Of a DNA stretch of 64,000 nucleotides, positions 34,424 to 42,579 are shown piece after piece. The notes below the pieces were generated by a model that ran no database searches, was not told the origin of the DNA, and saw nothing but the letters and a program-made list of their open reading frames with translations. The translations under genes were made by a program, and so were the position numbers. How positions within the stretch are numbered: the first letter of the stretch is position 1; each line of letters opens with the position of its first letter. The DNA is from Paracoccaceae bacterium (GTDB taxonomy: Bacteria > Pseudomonadota > Alphaproteobacteria > Rhodobacterales > Rhodobacteraceae). The stretch is from contig WFQE01000227.1 of assembly GCA_015487165.1 (NCBI GenBank), positions 17,966 through 81,965 of the forward strand, read 5' to 3'.

Positions 34424-35584
34424 CTAGGCGTCCAGCAACCGCATGAGCTCGCACATTCGCTTCCGGACATCGGATTCAGGGAACAGGATCTTCTCATCGT
34501 CGAACAACGAGCGCCCAAACCGGAAACCCTCCCAGGCTTCGTCGTGTTCGTGGTGAACCTGCGGCAGTGACGCGAAATCGGGAAGGAACCCATTCCCGAT
34601 GGGATAGGGGACATGGAACGAGAACGTGTCCTTGATGCCATCGGCGCGAACTTCCAAGAAATAGAGCGAATAATAGTGCTCGTTCACGTTCACCACGCAT
34701 CCGTGGCAGTCCATGATCTCGTCCATGTTGTCGAAGAAGAATTCGTTCGCCGTGCGGTAAAGGCCGCCCCGCCTTTCCTCGCGGAAGATGTCGAGATGCA
34801 ACGGGCATAGGTCGAACCGGAACCTGTGAGGGTTCTCCGGAACGTAGGCGGACAGGGTGGCGAAGCCCGAGCGGGCCAGGATGGCGACCGCCTGGTGCTT
34901 CAGCTTCCAGAGCTCCATTTCTGCGTGGATATGCTCATATCTCCGTTCCGGTTTCCTGGCGCGGTCGGCCAGAAGGCTCCGCTCCTTGGCCCAGCGGTTG
35001 GCCCACATGGTCCACATGGCCAACTCCATGGTTCTGGCCAGGCGGATGTCGCCCGTTGCGGCCCATGATGCGACCCGTTGCCTGATCGCTTCGCGCGTTT
35101 TCTCGCGCATGGCCCTGTTTCTCTGCCGGCTTTCGGCCGCCTTGGCTGCACTGCCGGCCCTGGCCTTTCGGGCTTCCCGTGCGTGCTCCTCCCGCCATTC
35201 GGCCACCTTGTCATGCGCCTTGAGCGCGCCCAGCGCGTCGTACTGCGGGACTTCGAGCGTCTTTCCGTACTTGCTGACCTCGATCAGGTGGGACACTGGC
35301 AAGCGGCCATCCTTGGTCCACCGCAGCCGCTCCGTCTTGGTGATGCCGAGCAGCGTCTCGATGTCCGGCCCGGACAGGGCGGTTTCCTTCCGGAAATCGG
35401 AAAAGAACCACCGTAGCGCGAGCTCGGATGAGGAGATGCGAGCGATGACATCCGAGACGAGCGTTGCCTTGCGGGTCGAGGCGGGGGCATTGAGCCACTC
35501 GGCGAGTTTCGCCTTGGGCACCTGCCCCACGACGCGGGTGAGGTTGAGGCGAGACAGGATGGGCTTGGGATGTTGTTCAGCCAT
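34424..35584 (-). CDS. hypothetical protein (386 aa)
   Basis: ATG 35584 follows GGAGG, 13 nt downstream of the ThyA-like stop. Confidence 0.6.
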   Translation of the reverse strand: MAEQHPKPILSRLNLTRVVGQVPKAKLAEWLNAPASTRKATLVSDVIARISSSELALRWFFSDFRKETALSGPDIETLLGITKTERLRWTKDGRLPVSHLIEVSKYGKTLEVPQYDALGALKAHDKVAEWREEHAREARKARAGSAAKAAESRQRNRAMREKTREAIRQRVASWAATGDIRLARTMELAMWTMWANRWAKERSLLADRARKPERRYEHIHAEMELWKLKHQAVAILARSGFATLSAYVPENPHRFRFDLCPLHLDIFREERRGGLYRTANEFFFDNMDEIMDCHGCVVNVNEHYYSLYFLEVRADGIKDTFSFHVPYPIGNGFLPDFASLPQVHHEHDEAWEGFRFGRSLFDDEKILFPESDVRKRMCELMRLLDA

Positions 35585-35597
35585 GCAGACCTCCGGC

Positions 35598-36512
35598 TCA
35601 CACCGCGAATGGGTACTTGATGGGCGGATGCGCCTGGTATTGATCCAGCTCAAAGCTGTCGGCCGTCACCCATGTGTCAATGTCGTTCAGGCTTCGGATG
35701 AACGGATCAATCCGCACGATGGGCTCGGGATAGAGATCGTCGGCCCGTTCGAGCTGCTGCCCGAACAGATCCACCTGGTCTTCATAGATGTGGGCGTTGA
35801 TGACCGTGTGGAACACGGTTTTCGGATTCTTGTTCGTGATCTGGGCCATCAACCTGAGCAGCAGCCAGCATTGCAAGGTGTTGACAGCCCCGCCGATAGG
35901 CAAGTCCATGGACCTCTGGGTACTGTGTAGATACAAATCGTCGCCCACGAGCGAGAAGACGTGCTCGTACATGCAGGGGCGCAGGCATCCAAGCTCGATT
36001 TCGCCGGGATTGTAGAACATGAGGATCTCGCCCCGGTCGTCAATGCCGCGCGAGAGGTGATCCACGATCTTGGCGAGCTGGTCGAACTCGGTGCCGTCGG
36101 GACGGCGATAGCGGCGGCCCTGGACGCCATAGATGCGGCCGCAGTCGTTCTCGCCCTTGCGGTTCGGGTTGGCGAGCCATGCGGGTGTCTGGTTCGCGTT
36201 GGCGTACCAGGACTTTGTTCCGAGCCGCTCGAACTCGGCGGCGTTGTCCACGCCGCGCAGGTATCCGACGATCTCGGCCGCGGCGGTGCGGATGCCCATC
36301 TTGCGCGATGTAAGCACGGGCGCGCGCTCGGTGGATGCGTCCACGACGAAGCGGTGGCCAATGACGGTCTTGCATCGCTTGCCGGTTCGCGCGTTCTCGA
36401 TCCAGGTTCCTTCCTCGATGATGCGCCGGCCCAGCTCCAGGTAGGCCGTCTCAAACCGTTCGCAGGCGTCCTGCGTTCCGGTTTCCGGATTTGGCATGGT
36501 CTTCACGTTCAT
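35598..36512 (-). CDS. thymidylate synthase (ThyA) family protein, divergent
   Basis: Internal ATG of track ORF 35598..37619. Colinear with ThyA: ARTGKR, IYGVQGRRY, LRPCMYEHVF (catalytic Cys), TQRSMD...AVN, NAHIYEDQ, ends IKYPFAV. Confidence 0.8.
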   Translation of the reverse strand: MNVKTMPNPETGTQDACERFETAYLELGRRIIEEGTWIENARTGKRCKTVIGHRFVVDASTERAPVLTSRKMGIRTAAAEIVGYLRGVDNAAEFERLGTKSWYANANQTPAWLANPNRKGENDCGRIYGVQGRRYRRPDGTEFDQLAKIVDHLSRGIDDRGEILMFYNPGEIELGCLRPCMYEHVFSLVGDDLYLHSTQRSMDLPIGGAVNTLQCWLLLRLMAQITNKNPKTVFHTVINAHIYEDQVDLFGQQLERADDLYPEPIVRIDPFIRSLNDIDTWVTADSFELDQYQAHPPIKYPFAV

Positions 36513-38659
36513 GCTGCTCTCCTTTCGGCGTATTGCCGCATGTCGAACGGGACGATGGTGAACGGGGGCCAGTTCATGGCGAGCAGGCGCCCGTAGGATT
36601 TCCCGTGGATTCGGTTGTCGAGGATGATGATGTGGCCCCGGTCCAAGAGATCCCGGATCAGGCGTCCGATCATCTGGGTCAGGCGCACGGACGCGGACGG
36701 CAGGGTGTGATCGTAGAACGGATTGCCGCCGCTTTGCTTGATCCATTCCATGCGCTTGTTTTCGATTGGGGTATCGGGCACGGCGAAGGGCACGCGCGGG
36801 ATGATGACCACGTTGCACAAGTTGCCAGGCAGGTCCACGCCTTCGGCGAACGAGGCCAGTCCGAAGATGATGCTTTTCTCGCCCTTGGCGATGCGCTTCC
36901 GGTGGCTTTCGATGATGCGCGATTTGCTGTGGTTGCCCTGGGCCAGCACGAGCCCCGCGATGTCGGGTCGCATCTCCTGGAGCAGTTCCAGTACCCTGTC
37001 CATGTAGCGGCGGCTGGTGAACAGGCCGAGGATGCCGCCGGAGTTCTTCTCGGCGGCACCGATGACGGCGCGCGCGGTGATGGCGGGATGGTCCTCGTGA
37101 TTGGGATTCACGCCGCCGGCGGCGATGTAGATGCGAGATTCGGAATAGGGGAAGTCGGACAGGAAGTGCCCGGTATCGTGCGCGCGGCCGAGGTTCAGGC
37201 CGACGTTGCGGATGAACATGTCGAAGTTGCCCAGCGAGCGCAGGGTTGCCGAGTATGCCGCGCCGGCCAGTGCCTTGTCCCAGAGCAGTTGATGGAGCAT
37301 GCGCGCGGCGGAGACGGGGTAGGCGTTGATGCGCCGCTTGGCGAGGTTGTCGCGTCCCGTCTCGCATTCGATCCAGCGCGCGGTCGGAAGGTCTGGAGCG
37401 TCGCCGTCGAGGAGCGCGTCGAGGCAGGCGGCGATCTTGCCGAAGCGTTCGGCGAAGAGTCCTGCGCGCGAGGTGGCCTTGGCGATGGCGTCCTTGTCGC
37501 CGTCGGAATCGCCGAGCGCATCGAGCAGCACCGACAGTTTCTTGATGGCGGCATCCGTGGCCGAGCGCAGTCGCTTGGCCGGCTCGGCGAGCGCCTCGGG
37601 CGGCACGTCGAACATCCACGGCTTGCCGTCCTCGAAGGCCTGCGTATTGGCGTCCAGCGCGGTCTGGATCTCCATCAGGGCATCGCGCATGGGCGTTCCG
37701 GCCTCGGCCGCTTCCTTGAGCAGTTCGATGACCGTTTCCTGGTTCGTGGCAAGGCCGCGGGCCAGCTTGTTCATGGTATTGGCGAAGTTGGCCACGAGGG
37801 CGATGGAGCCCTCGACCTGGAAGTTGGAGCCGAGCTGTTCGACGGCCACCTCGGGGATGCGGTGGGCCTCGTCAATGAGGTAGATGGTGTTTTCCGGCTT
37901 GGCCGGGATGACGCGCCCGCCGCCGGCGGCGAGGTCGGTGAGCAACAGGGCGTGGTTGACCACCAGCACGTCGGCCTGGTAGAGCGCCTTGCGCGCCTTG
38001 TAAAAGGGGCAATTGTCGTACATCGGGCAGCGGCTCTTGCTGCACGCCGCCGCTTCAATGGTGGCGCTGGCGCGCACTTCTGCGCTCAGGGCGCCGTCCC
38101 ATTCGTCCAGGTCGCCGTTCCAGCTACCGGAATCGAACTTCTGGAGCATGTCGGAGAGCTGGTCGGCCGCGGCGCCGGAGATCGCGGCGTCCGATGTGAA
38201 CTCGTCGTCCGCGAACATGTCGGGCGTGAGGCTTTCGCCGATGGCGCCCATGACCTTGTTGGGGCAGAGGTAGCGACCGCGACCCTTGACCAGCCGGAAG
38301 TCCAGGTTGATGTCCAGCATGCGTTGAAGGTTGGGCAGGTCGCGCTCGAAGATCTGGTGTTGCAGTGCGACGGTTCCCGTCGAATAGACGATGGTGATGC
38401 GGTCCGGCTCGTCGGCGCCGTTCTTCTCGGCCGCTTCCTTGAGCGCGGCTTCCAGCGCCGGCCTGGCGGCCAGCGCCCCGATCAGCGATGCGTAGCTCTT
38501 GCCGATGCCGGTTCCGGCCTCGCATACGGCAATGCGGCCGCGCGCGATGCTGTCGGCGATGCGCTCGCTCATGGCGATCTGGCCTTCCCGCCGCACCAGG
38601 CCGTGCTTGGCGAGTTGGCGAAAGAGTCGCTCGATGTTTTCCTGAATTTCGGCGTTCAT
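36509..38659 (-). CDS. DinG/XPD (Rad3)-family ATP-dependent helicase with Fe-S cluster cysteines
   Basis: Walker A CEAGTGIGKS, DEAH box LIDEAH, Cys cluster C..CSKSRCPMYDNC, C-terminal QMIGRLIR. ATGA overlap with the ThyA-like gene. Confidence 0.85.
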   Translation of the reverse strand: MNAEIQENIERLFRQLAKHGLVRREGQIAMSERIADSIARGRIAVCEAGTGIGKSYASLIGALAARPALEAALKEAAEKNGADEPDRITIVYSTGTVALQHQIFERDLPNLQRMLDINLDFRLVKGRGRYLCPNKVMGAIGESLTPDMFADDEFTSDAAISGAAADQLSDMLQKFDSGSWNGDLDEWDGALSAEVRASATIEAAACSKSRCPMYDNCPFYKARKALYQADVLVVNHALLLTDLAAGGGRVIPAKPENTIYLIDEAHRIPEVAVEQLGSNFQVEGSIALVANFANTMNKLARGLATNQETVIELLKEAAEAGTPMRDALMEIQTALDANTQAFEDGKPWMFDVPPEALAEPAKRLRSATDAAIKKLSVLLDALGDSDGDKDAIAKATSRAGLFAERFGKIAACLDALLDGDAPDLPTARWIECETGRDNLAKRRINAYPVSAARMLHQLLWDKALAGAAYSATLRSLGNFDMFIRNVGLNLGRAHDTGHFLSDFPYSESRIYIAAGGVNPNHEDHPAITARAVIGAAEKNSGGILGLFTSRRYMDRVLELLQEMRPDIAGLVLAQGNHSKSRIIESHRKRIAKGEKSIIFGLASFAEGVDLPGNLCNVVIIPRVPFAVPDTPIENKRMEWIKQSGGNPFYDHTLPSASVRLTQMIGRLIRDLLDRGHIIILDNRIHGKSYGRLLAMNWPPFTIVPFDMRQYAERRAA

Positions 38660-38741
38660 TTCACCTCCGCTGGGTTATGTATATTGCCATAAAACGGCCG
38701 GAAGGGCAAGCGGGGAATGGCCTGGCGGCGTGGGCGTTTTC

Positions 38742-38770
38742 TTGCATTTTGAGAGGAGAGTTCCTATGAT
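38742..38770 (+). promoter_or_regulatory. TTGCAT-N17-TATGAT promoter with ~120-nt leader
   Basis: Lies in the divergent intergenic region. The leader contains the hairpin AAACCGGG-ATACG-CCCGGTTT. Confidence 0.5.
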
Positions 38771-38895
38771 GGCTGCATCTGTTCGTGTTCGCGTTACGGC
38801 GCGGGCATTCCATGGGCGCCCATTTTCGGGCGCATCCGAGACGATCCGGGAAACCGGGATACGCCCGGTTTAGCACTTGAGAAGGGGGTCCGACC

Positions 38896-39725
38896 ATGGG
38901 TTGGACGACCACCTACAAGCCGAGTTACATCACGACTCGGGAGTTCCTCGTTGATCGGTTCACGGATGACGGGGAAAAGCATTCTTGGAAGGTGCTCGAC
39001 GTGGCCATCAAGAACCGCCGGACGGCCTACATGGCCATCGAGCGAACCAGCAAGCAGACGGGTCAGCGCATTGTGTTCGCGGTGGTCTGCCTGCTGCAAT
39101 ACTGGCCGAAGGCCTCATACGAGAACTTCGGTTTCAAGGACATGGACGAGAGCATGGGTCCGTGTGAGCGCGATTGTCCCGAGCGCATCCTGAAGCTGCT
39201 GACGCCGACGGACAGCAAGTTTGCCCAGCAATGGCGCGAGGCATGCTGGGAGAACATTCGTCGGCGCAAGGCCATCCGCGGCCTGAAGGTGGGAGATCTG
39301 GTGGAATTTGAGGAGCCAGTTCTGTTCACCGATGGAAGCCGGCGCTCGTGGGGCGTTGTCACGCGCTCGACGGCGAACTCGATAACCATCAATTCCTTCT
39401 ATCGGGTCAAGCGGATGGCCGCCATCGAGCATGGCATTCGCCGGATGGACCTGCCGACGGTGGATGTGTCGGCAGTCCAGAAGCTGCGGGTGCGCGAGCG
39501 GGGATGGAGTCACTGCTCGATCAAGGGGACCATCCTGATCGTGGATGGGAAAGACCATCCAAAGTATCGGGTGGTCTGGGACGATTGCGACCGATCATTC
39601 ACCTCGATCCGCATGTGGTTCGCCATGGCCCCTTCTATGACCAGGCCAAGGCATTCGATCTGGTCGAGAAGGAGCGCGATTCGGCGGCGGAAGTTCGCAT
39701 CTACCGTACCGAGATCGAAATGTGA
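38896..39725 (+). pseudogene. conserved-looking hypothetical gene interrupted by a -1 frameshift near 39590
   Basis: The 38896 frame reads well up to ...KYRVVWDDCD, then turns AGG/AGA/CGG-rich. The -1 frame continues as PIIHLDPHVVRHGPFYDQAKAFDLVEKERDSAAEVRIYRTEIEM* and stops 8 nt before a terminator. Confidence 0.55.
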
Positions 39726-39931
39726 GACGAGGAAACCGGGGCGCGACGCGCTCCGGTTTTTTGTTTGCCGATCCCGACCCGGGCATCCCGTGGCCGCTCG
39801 CGGCGCTTGTGGAACTGTGTCTCAACCGCGAACCACCGGACCCCGGACGGGTGCCCGGGATCGAGCTCGTATTCGATTGCTACGCCGTTGTCCAGGCGTA
39901 TCCAGCCACGGTTGCCGGCATTCGCACTCAA
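39701..39931 (-). CDS. possible small protein (76 aa)
   Basis: ATGA overlap with the upstream minus-strand gene. Its tail runs through the + strand terminator and the 3' end of the + gene, so it is doubtful. Confidence 0.3.
   Translation of the reverse strand: MSANAGNRGWIRLDNGVAIEYELDPGHPSGVRWFAVETQFHKRRERPRDARVGIGKQKTGARRAPVSSSHISISVR
39733..39765 (+). terminator. rho-independent terminator
   Basis: AAACCGGGGCGCG/CGCGCTCCGGTTT stem followed by T6. Confidence 0.7.
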
Positions 39932-40263
39932 GGGCGCACCCAGCCGTATCCGACGCCCATGACGCGGGAAATCTTGATGAGCGCGTCATAGACGCCCTGG
40001 CCGCGCTCCGAATCGGCCGCAACACCAAGGACGTTTTGAGCCAGTTCCGAGAACCGGGTGCGGGCGCGGCCGCCGTAGGTGATATACAGTAGGTAGGCCG
40101 ATTGGATGTGCTCCTCTTGGCACTGGGCAAGCTCGTCCAGGCGTTGTTCGAGCAGGCTTGCCTTTTCCTCGTCCAACCCTGCGTCGCCGTGGTGCTTGAG
40201 CGCCGACCTGGCTGCCTGGAGCATCGGCGGCAGGACTGCCTGTGTTGTCTGTTCATCCGTCAT
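39928..40263 (-). CDS. hypothetical protein (111 aa)
   Basis: ATG 40263 lies 7 nt after GGAGG. Confidence 0.55.
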   Translation of the reverse strand: MTDEQTTQAVLPPMLQAARSALKHHGDAGLDEEKASLLEQRLDELAQCQEEHIQSAYLLYITYGGRARTRFSELAQNVLGVAADSERGQGVYDALIKISRVMGVGYGWVRP

Positions 40264-40492
40264 TGCGTACCTCCTTCTTGGGATGCAGTTCGGTGACGTA
40301 ACACCCGCGGAACTCGTGAGTGTCCGAGTCGAAATCCGGCTCGTGCAGCAGGCGGTCGAGAATGATCACGTCGCCTGCGGCCGGCGGTTCGGGGTTCAGG
40401 ATGCGTCCGGTGAGGCGGACGGAGCCGTGCTCAAGCGTCACCTGTCCGTCGCCGACCTTGACGATTACCCGGGTTCGACGGTTTCTGCTCAT
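40253..40492 (-). CDS. hypothetical protein (79 aa), apparently leaderless
   Basis: ATG 40492 lies 6 nt downstream of the TATAAT -10 at 40499-40504, with no SD. Confidence 0.5.
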   Translation of the reverse strand: MSRNRRTRVIVKVGDGQVTLEHGSVRLTGRILNPEPPAAGDVIILDRLLHEPDFDSDTHEFRGCYVTELHPKKEVRNDG

Positions 40493-40498
40493 GCCCTG

Positions 40499-40527
40499 AT
40501 TATACCTTATTGCATAAATCAGGACAA
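40499..40527 (-). promoter_or_regulatory. TTGTCC-N17-TATAAT promoter
   Basis: The minus strand reads CAATAAGGTATAATCAGGGCATG and contains the 12-mer ATAAGGTATAAT. Confidence 0.55.
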
Positions 40528-40536
40528 GGCTGGAAC

Positions 40537-40860
40537 CTATTCCTCCAGCAGCCGTCGCAACCTGGCAGCCATGTTGCCGCAAACGATGGCAGCCTGTTCC
40601 GGCTCCTGCTCGACGGCTTCGAGGACGCTTGCCACGCTCTCGATTTCCGCTCTCGGAAACGGCCGGCGGGGAGCATTGTTCCAGGCCTGGTCGGCCAGCG
40701 ACTCCATCGCCGCTACGGTTATGCCTTGTTCGCTGTTGAAGGTGAACACCACATGCCACCGGCCGCAGCAGTCGCCGGCGGCGCGGGCGTTTCCGCCCGC
40801 GTCGGCCTCGATCAACAGGCTTTCCGGCACGGCGCCGCAGGGGCAGGGCTTGAGCTTCAT
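40537..40860 (-). CDS. Lar-family restriction-alleviation-like protein
   Basis: MKLKPCPCG..., a second Cys pair CCG, and AWNNAPRR resemble the Lar family (KPCPFCG ... WN.R). ATGA overlap with the upstream gene. Confidence 0.55.
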   Translation of the reverse strand: MKLKPCPCGAVPESLLIEADAGGNARAAGDCCGRWHVVFTFNSEQGITVAAMESLADQAWNNAPRRPFPRAEIESVASVLEAVEQEPEQAAIVCGNMAARLRRLLEE

Positions 40861-41633
40861 GCCGCCAGCCTCGCCGGATCCGCGAACTTCTTCAACCACG
40901 CCACGAAATCGCGCCCCATCTCGCCGGTGATGCGAAACTCGATCTTGCTCTTGAAGGTGATGATGTCCACGCGGCCGGAATCGTCGGCGGCGCGAAAGAG
41001 GGTGATGCGGTCCCGCGACCGAATCTTGTTGTTGAACAGCGCGACATCCACTTCGGTGTAACGGTTGAAGACCGAGCCCCCGCGCCACTTCAGGAAGCAG
41101 TTGATGGCATGCACCATCTCCCGGAAGGAGCCGTGGACATGGTAGCTGTAGTGACCGCTGTAATCGTCGGTGGTAGCCCAAACGGAGAAGCAAAGCTCGT
41201 CGCGCTTGAATTCAATGCCGTTGTTGAAGTAGCAGGCGAGCCGGTTGGCGGCCCGCGCCTGCTCGCGCCGGTGCGCCTCGTCGCCGTTGACCAGTTCGCG
41301 CAGGCCCTGGACGAAGGCGGCGAGATCCAGGGTTTCCCTGGCCTTGCTGACAAGCGCGGCAACGCCATCCTGTTCCTCGATCAAGCTCGAACCGACACCG
41401 ATTTCCTGCGCGAACACGCGCAGGGCCGCCTCGGTGAAATCGGCGCGGAACTCCCTGATGATCTTGTCCAGTTGCAGGCTGGCGCCGGTGCCATACAGGC
41501 GTCCGCTGACGCCGGCGCGTTCCAGCGCCTCGTTGGCCTCGGCCAACTTTCCCTCCATGCTCACCTTGACGGCCTGCAACGGCTCGATGATGGCGCGAGC
41601 CTGCTCCTCGATAACCTTGATTGTATTCATCAT
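40857..41633 (-). CDS. hypothetical protein (258 aa)
   Basis: Internal ATG of track ORF 40857..42146. ATGA overlap with the upstream small gene. Confidence 0.6.
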   Translation of the reverse strand: MMNTIKVIEEQARAIIEPLQAVKVSMEGKLAEANEALERAGVSGRLYGTGASLQLDKIIREFRADFTEAALRVFAQEIGVGSSLIEEQDGVAALVSKARETLDLAAFVQGLRELVNGDEAHRREQARAANRLACYFNNGIEFKRDELCFSVWATTDDYSGHYSYHVHGSFREMVHAINCFLKWRGGSVFNRYTEVDVALFNNKIRSRDRITLFRAADDSGRVDIITFKSKIEFRITGEMGRDFVAWLKKFADPARLAA

Positions 41634-41791
41634 TCGCTTTCTCCCGTCGGCAGTTGCCGAAACCGGCCCTTGCGCGCGATCTGGGCCGCTCGCTTCCGGT
41701 TTCTGTGGATGCGATTGGGCGGCAGAGGCATCCCCCGTTCCGGCCTGGCCGAAACGCGAACCGTGCCGATCTTTTCTTTTCGACTTCCCAT
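41630..41791 (-). CDS. small highly basic protein (53 aa)
   Basis: ATG 41791 follows AAAGGAGG. MGSRKEKIGTVRVSARPERG...RKRAAQIARKGRF. Confidence 0.5.
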   Translation of the reverse strand: MGSRKEKIGTVRVSARPERGMPLPPNRIHRNRKRAAQIARKGRFRQLPTGESE

Positions 41792-41813
41792 GCCTTGCCT
41801 CCTTTGTAGCTTC

Positions 41814-41843
41814 ATTATACCAGATACGGAAGTCACCGCGCAA
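41814..41843 (-). promoter_or_regulatory. TTGCGC-N18-TGgTATAAT promoter
   Basis: Extended -10 on the minus strand, 22 nt upstream of ATG 41791. Confidence 0.55.
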
Positions 41844-41846
41844 GGC

Positions 41847-41875
41847 TTGATGCGATATGCGAATGGGAATATAAT
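41847..41875 (+). promoter_or_regulatory. TTGATG-N17-TATAAT promoter
   Basis: Divergent partner, about 35 nt upstream of ATG 41911. Confidence 0.55.
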
Positions 41876-41910
41876 CAATCCGCCAGATTGAAGGCGACGA
41901 GGTGATGCAG

Positions 41911-42579
41911 ATGTTCAAGGCATGGCTCAACGACATGGAAATGGGCGTGGGAGAAACGCCGGAAGAAGCAATCCAGGATGCGCTGCGCGAGGCGCATGAG
42001 CAGGGCCTCATCGGCGGCGAATACCCGCGGTTCCCGACCGATGATGATTTCCTGGCCGAGCTTTCCGTCGAGGAATGCGCGGACGAGGACGAGAAGGATG
42101 GCGATGACAGCCAGGAGAGCTGGGCGGTAAGAACGAATCGCCCCATCTACCAGGAAGGAGCCCGCGTTCGGCACCCGGAACTTGGAGAGGGCGAGATCAT
42201 CAAGGTCGAGCACTTACCTCGTGCCGACAGGCTGACGGTTCGCTTTGGCGATCAGACGGAAGAACTGTATGGCCACGAACCGCTGAAGGGCAGCGACGAT
42301 CCGAAGATGTTCGTTGAGGCGGATCCTGCGCCATTCATGCTTCGGGCGGCATACCGGCTCCCCGAGCGCCTGCCGTATGCCGGCTGCGGGAACGGGTACA
42401 TCGTCGTGGACATGGAAAGCGGCGAGGTATGCAGCATGTCTTATGCTGACGATGGCTACTCGCTCGTGACCGAGCAGAACGTCCTCATGTCCGAAGATGC
42501 GGGGAAGGTGCTGAGAGTGGACGGCAAGCATGTTGTCGTCCGTGCCAATTTCTCCTGCTGGAGTGCGTGCCTGTTCTGA
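41911..42579 (+). CDS. hypothetical acidic protein
   Basis: ATG 41911 lies 6 nt after GAGGTG (track start 41902 is GTG). Confidence 0.55.
   Translation: MFKAWLNDMEMGVGETPEEAIQDALREAHEQGLIGGEYPRFPTDDDFLAELSVEECADEDEKDGDDSQESWAVRTNRPIYQEGARVRHPELGEGEIIKVEHLPRADRLTVRFGDQTEELYGHEPLKGSDDPKMFVEADPAPFMLRAAYRLPERLPYAGCGNGYIVVDMESGEVCSMSYADDGYSLVTEQNVLMSEDAGKVLRVDGKHVVVRANFSCWSACLF

Noticed and set aside
36491-38692. 733-aa + strand ORF antisense to the DinG helicase gene
   Set aside because: It has no motifs and is G/A/V/R-rich. The minus-strand frame has Walker A, DEAH and Fe-S motifs and an SD, so this is a shadow ORF.
38896-40092. The 398-aa track ORF taken at face value
   Set aside because: Beyond about 39591 the frame becomes rare-codon and Arg-rich, reads through a terminator and overlaps three minus-strand genes. 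A frameshifted 38896..39725 gene explains it better.
40465-40485. tRNA-like T-arm sequence (GGGTTCGACGG)
   Set aside because: It lies inside a coding region, and no acceptor, anticodon or D-arm can be built around it. I found no tRNA genes anywhere in the window.
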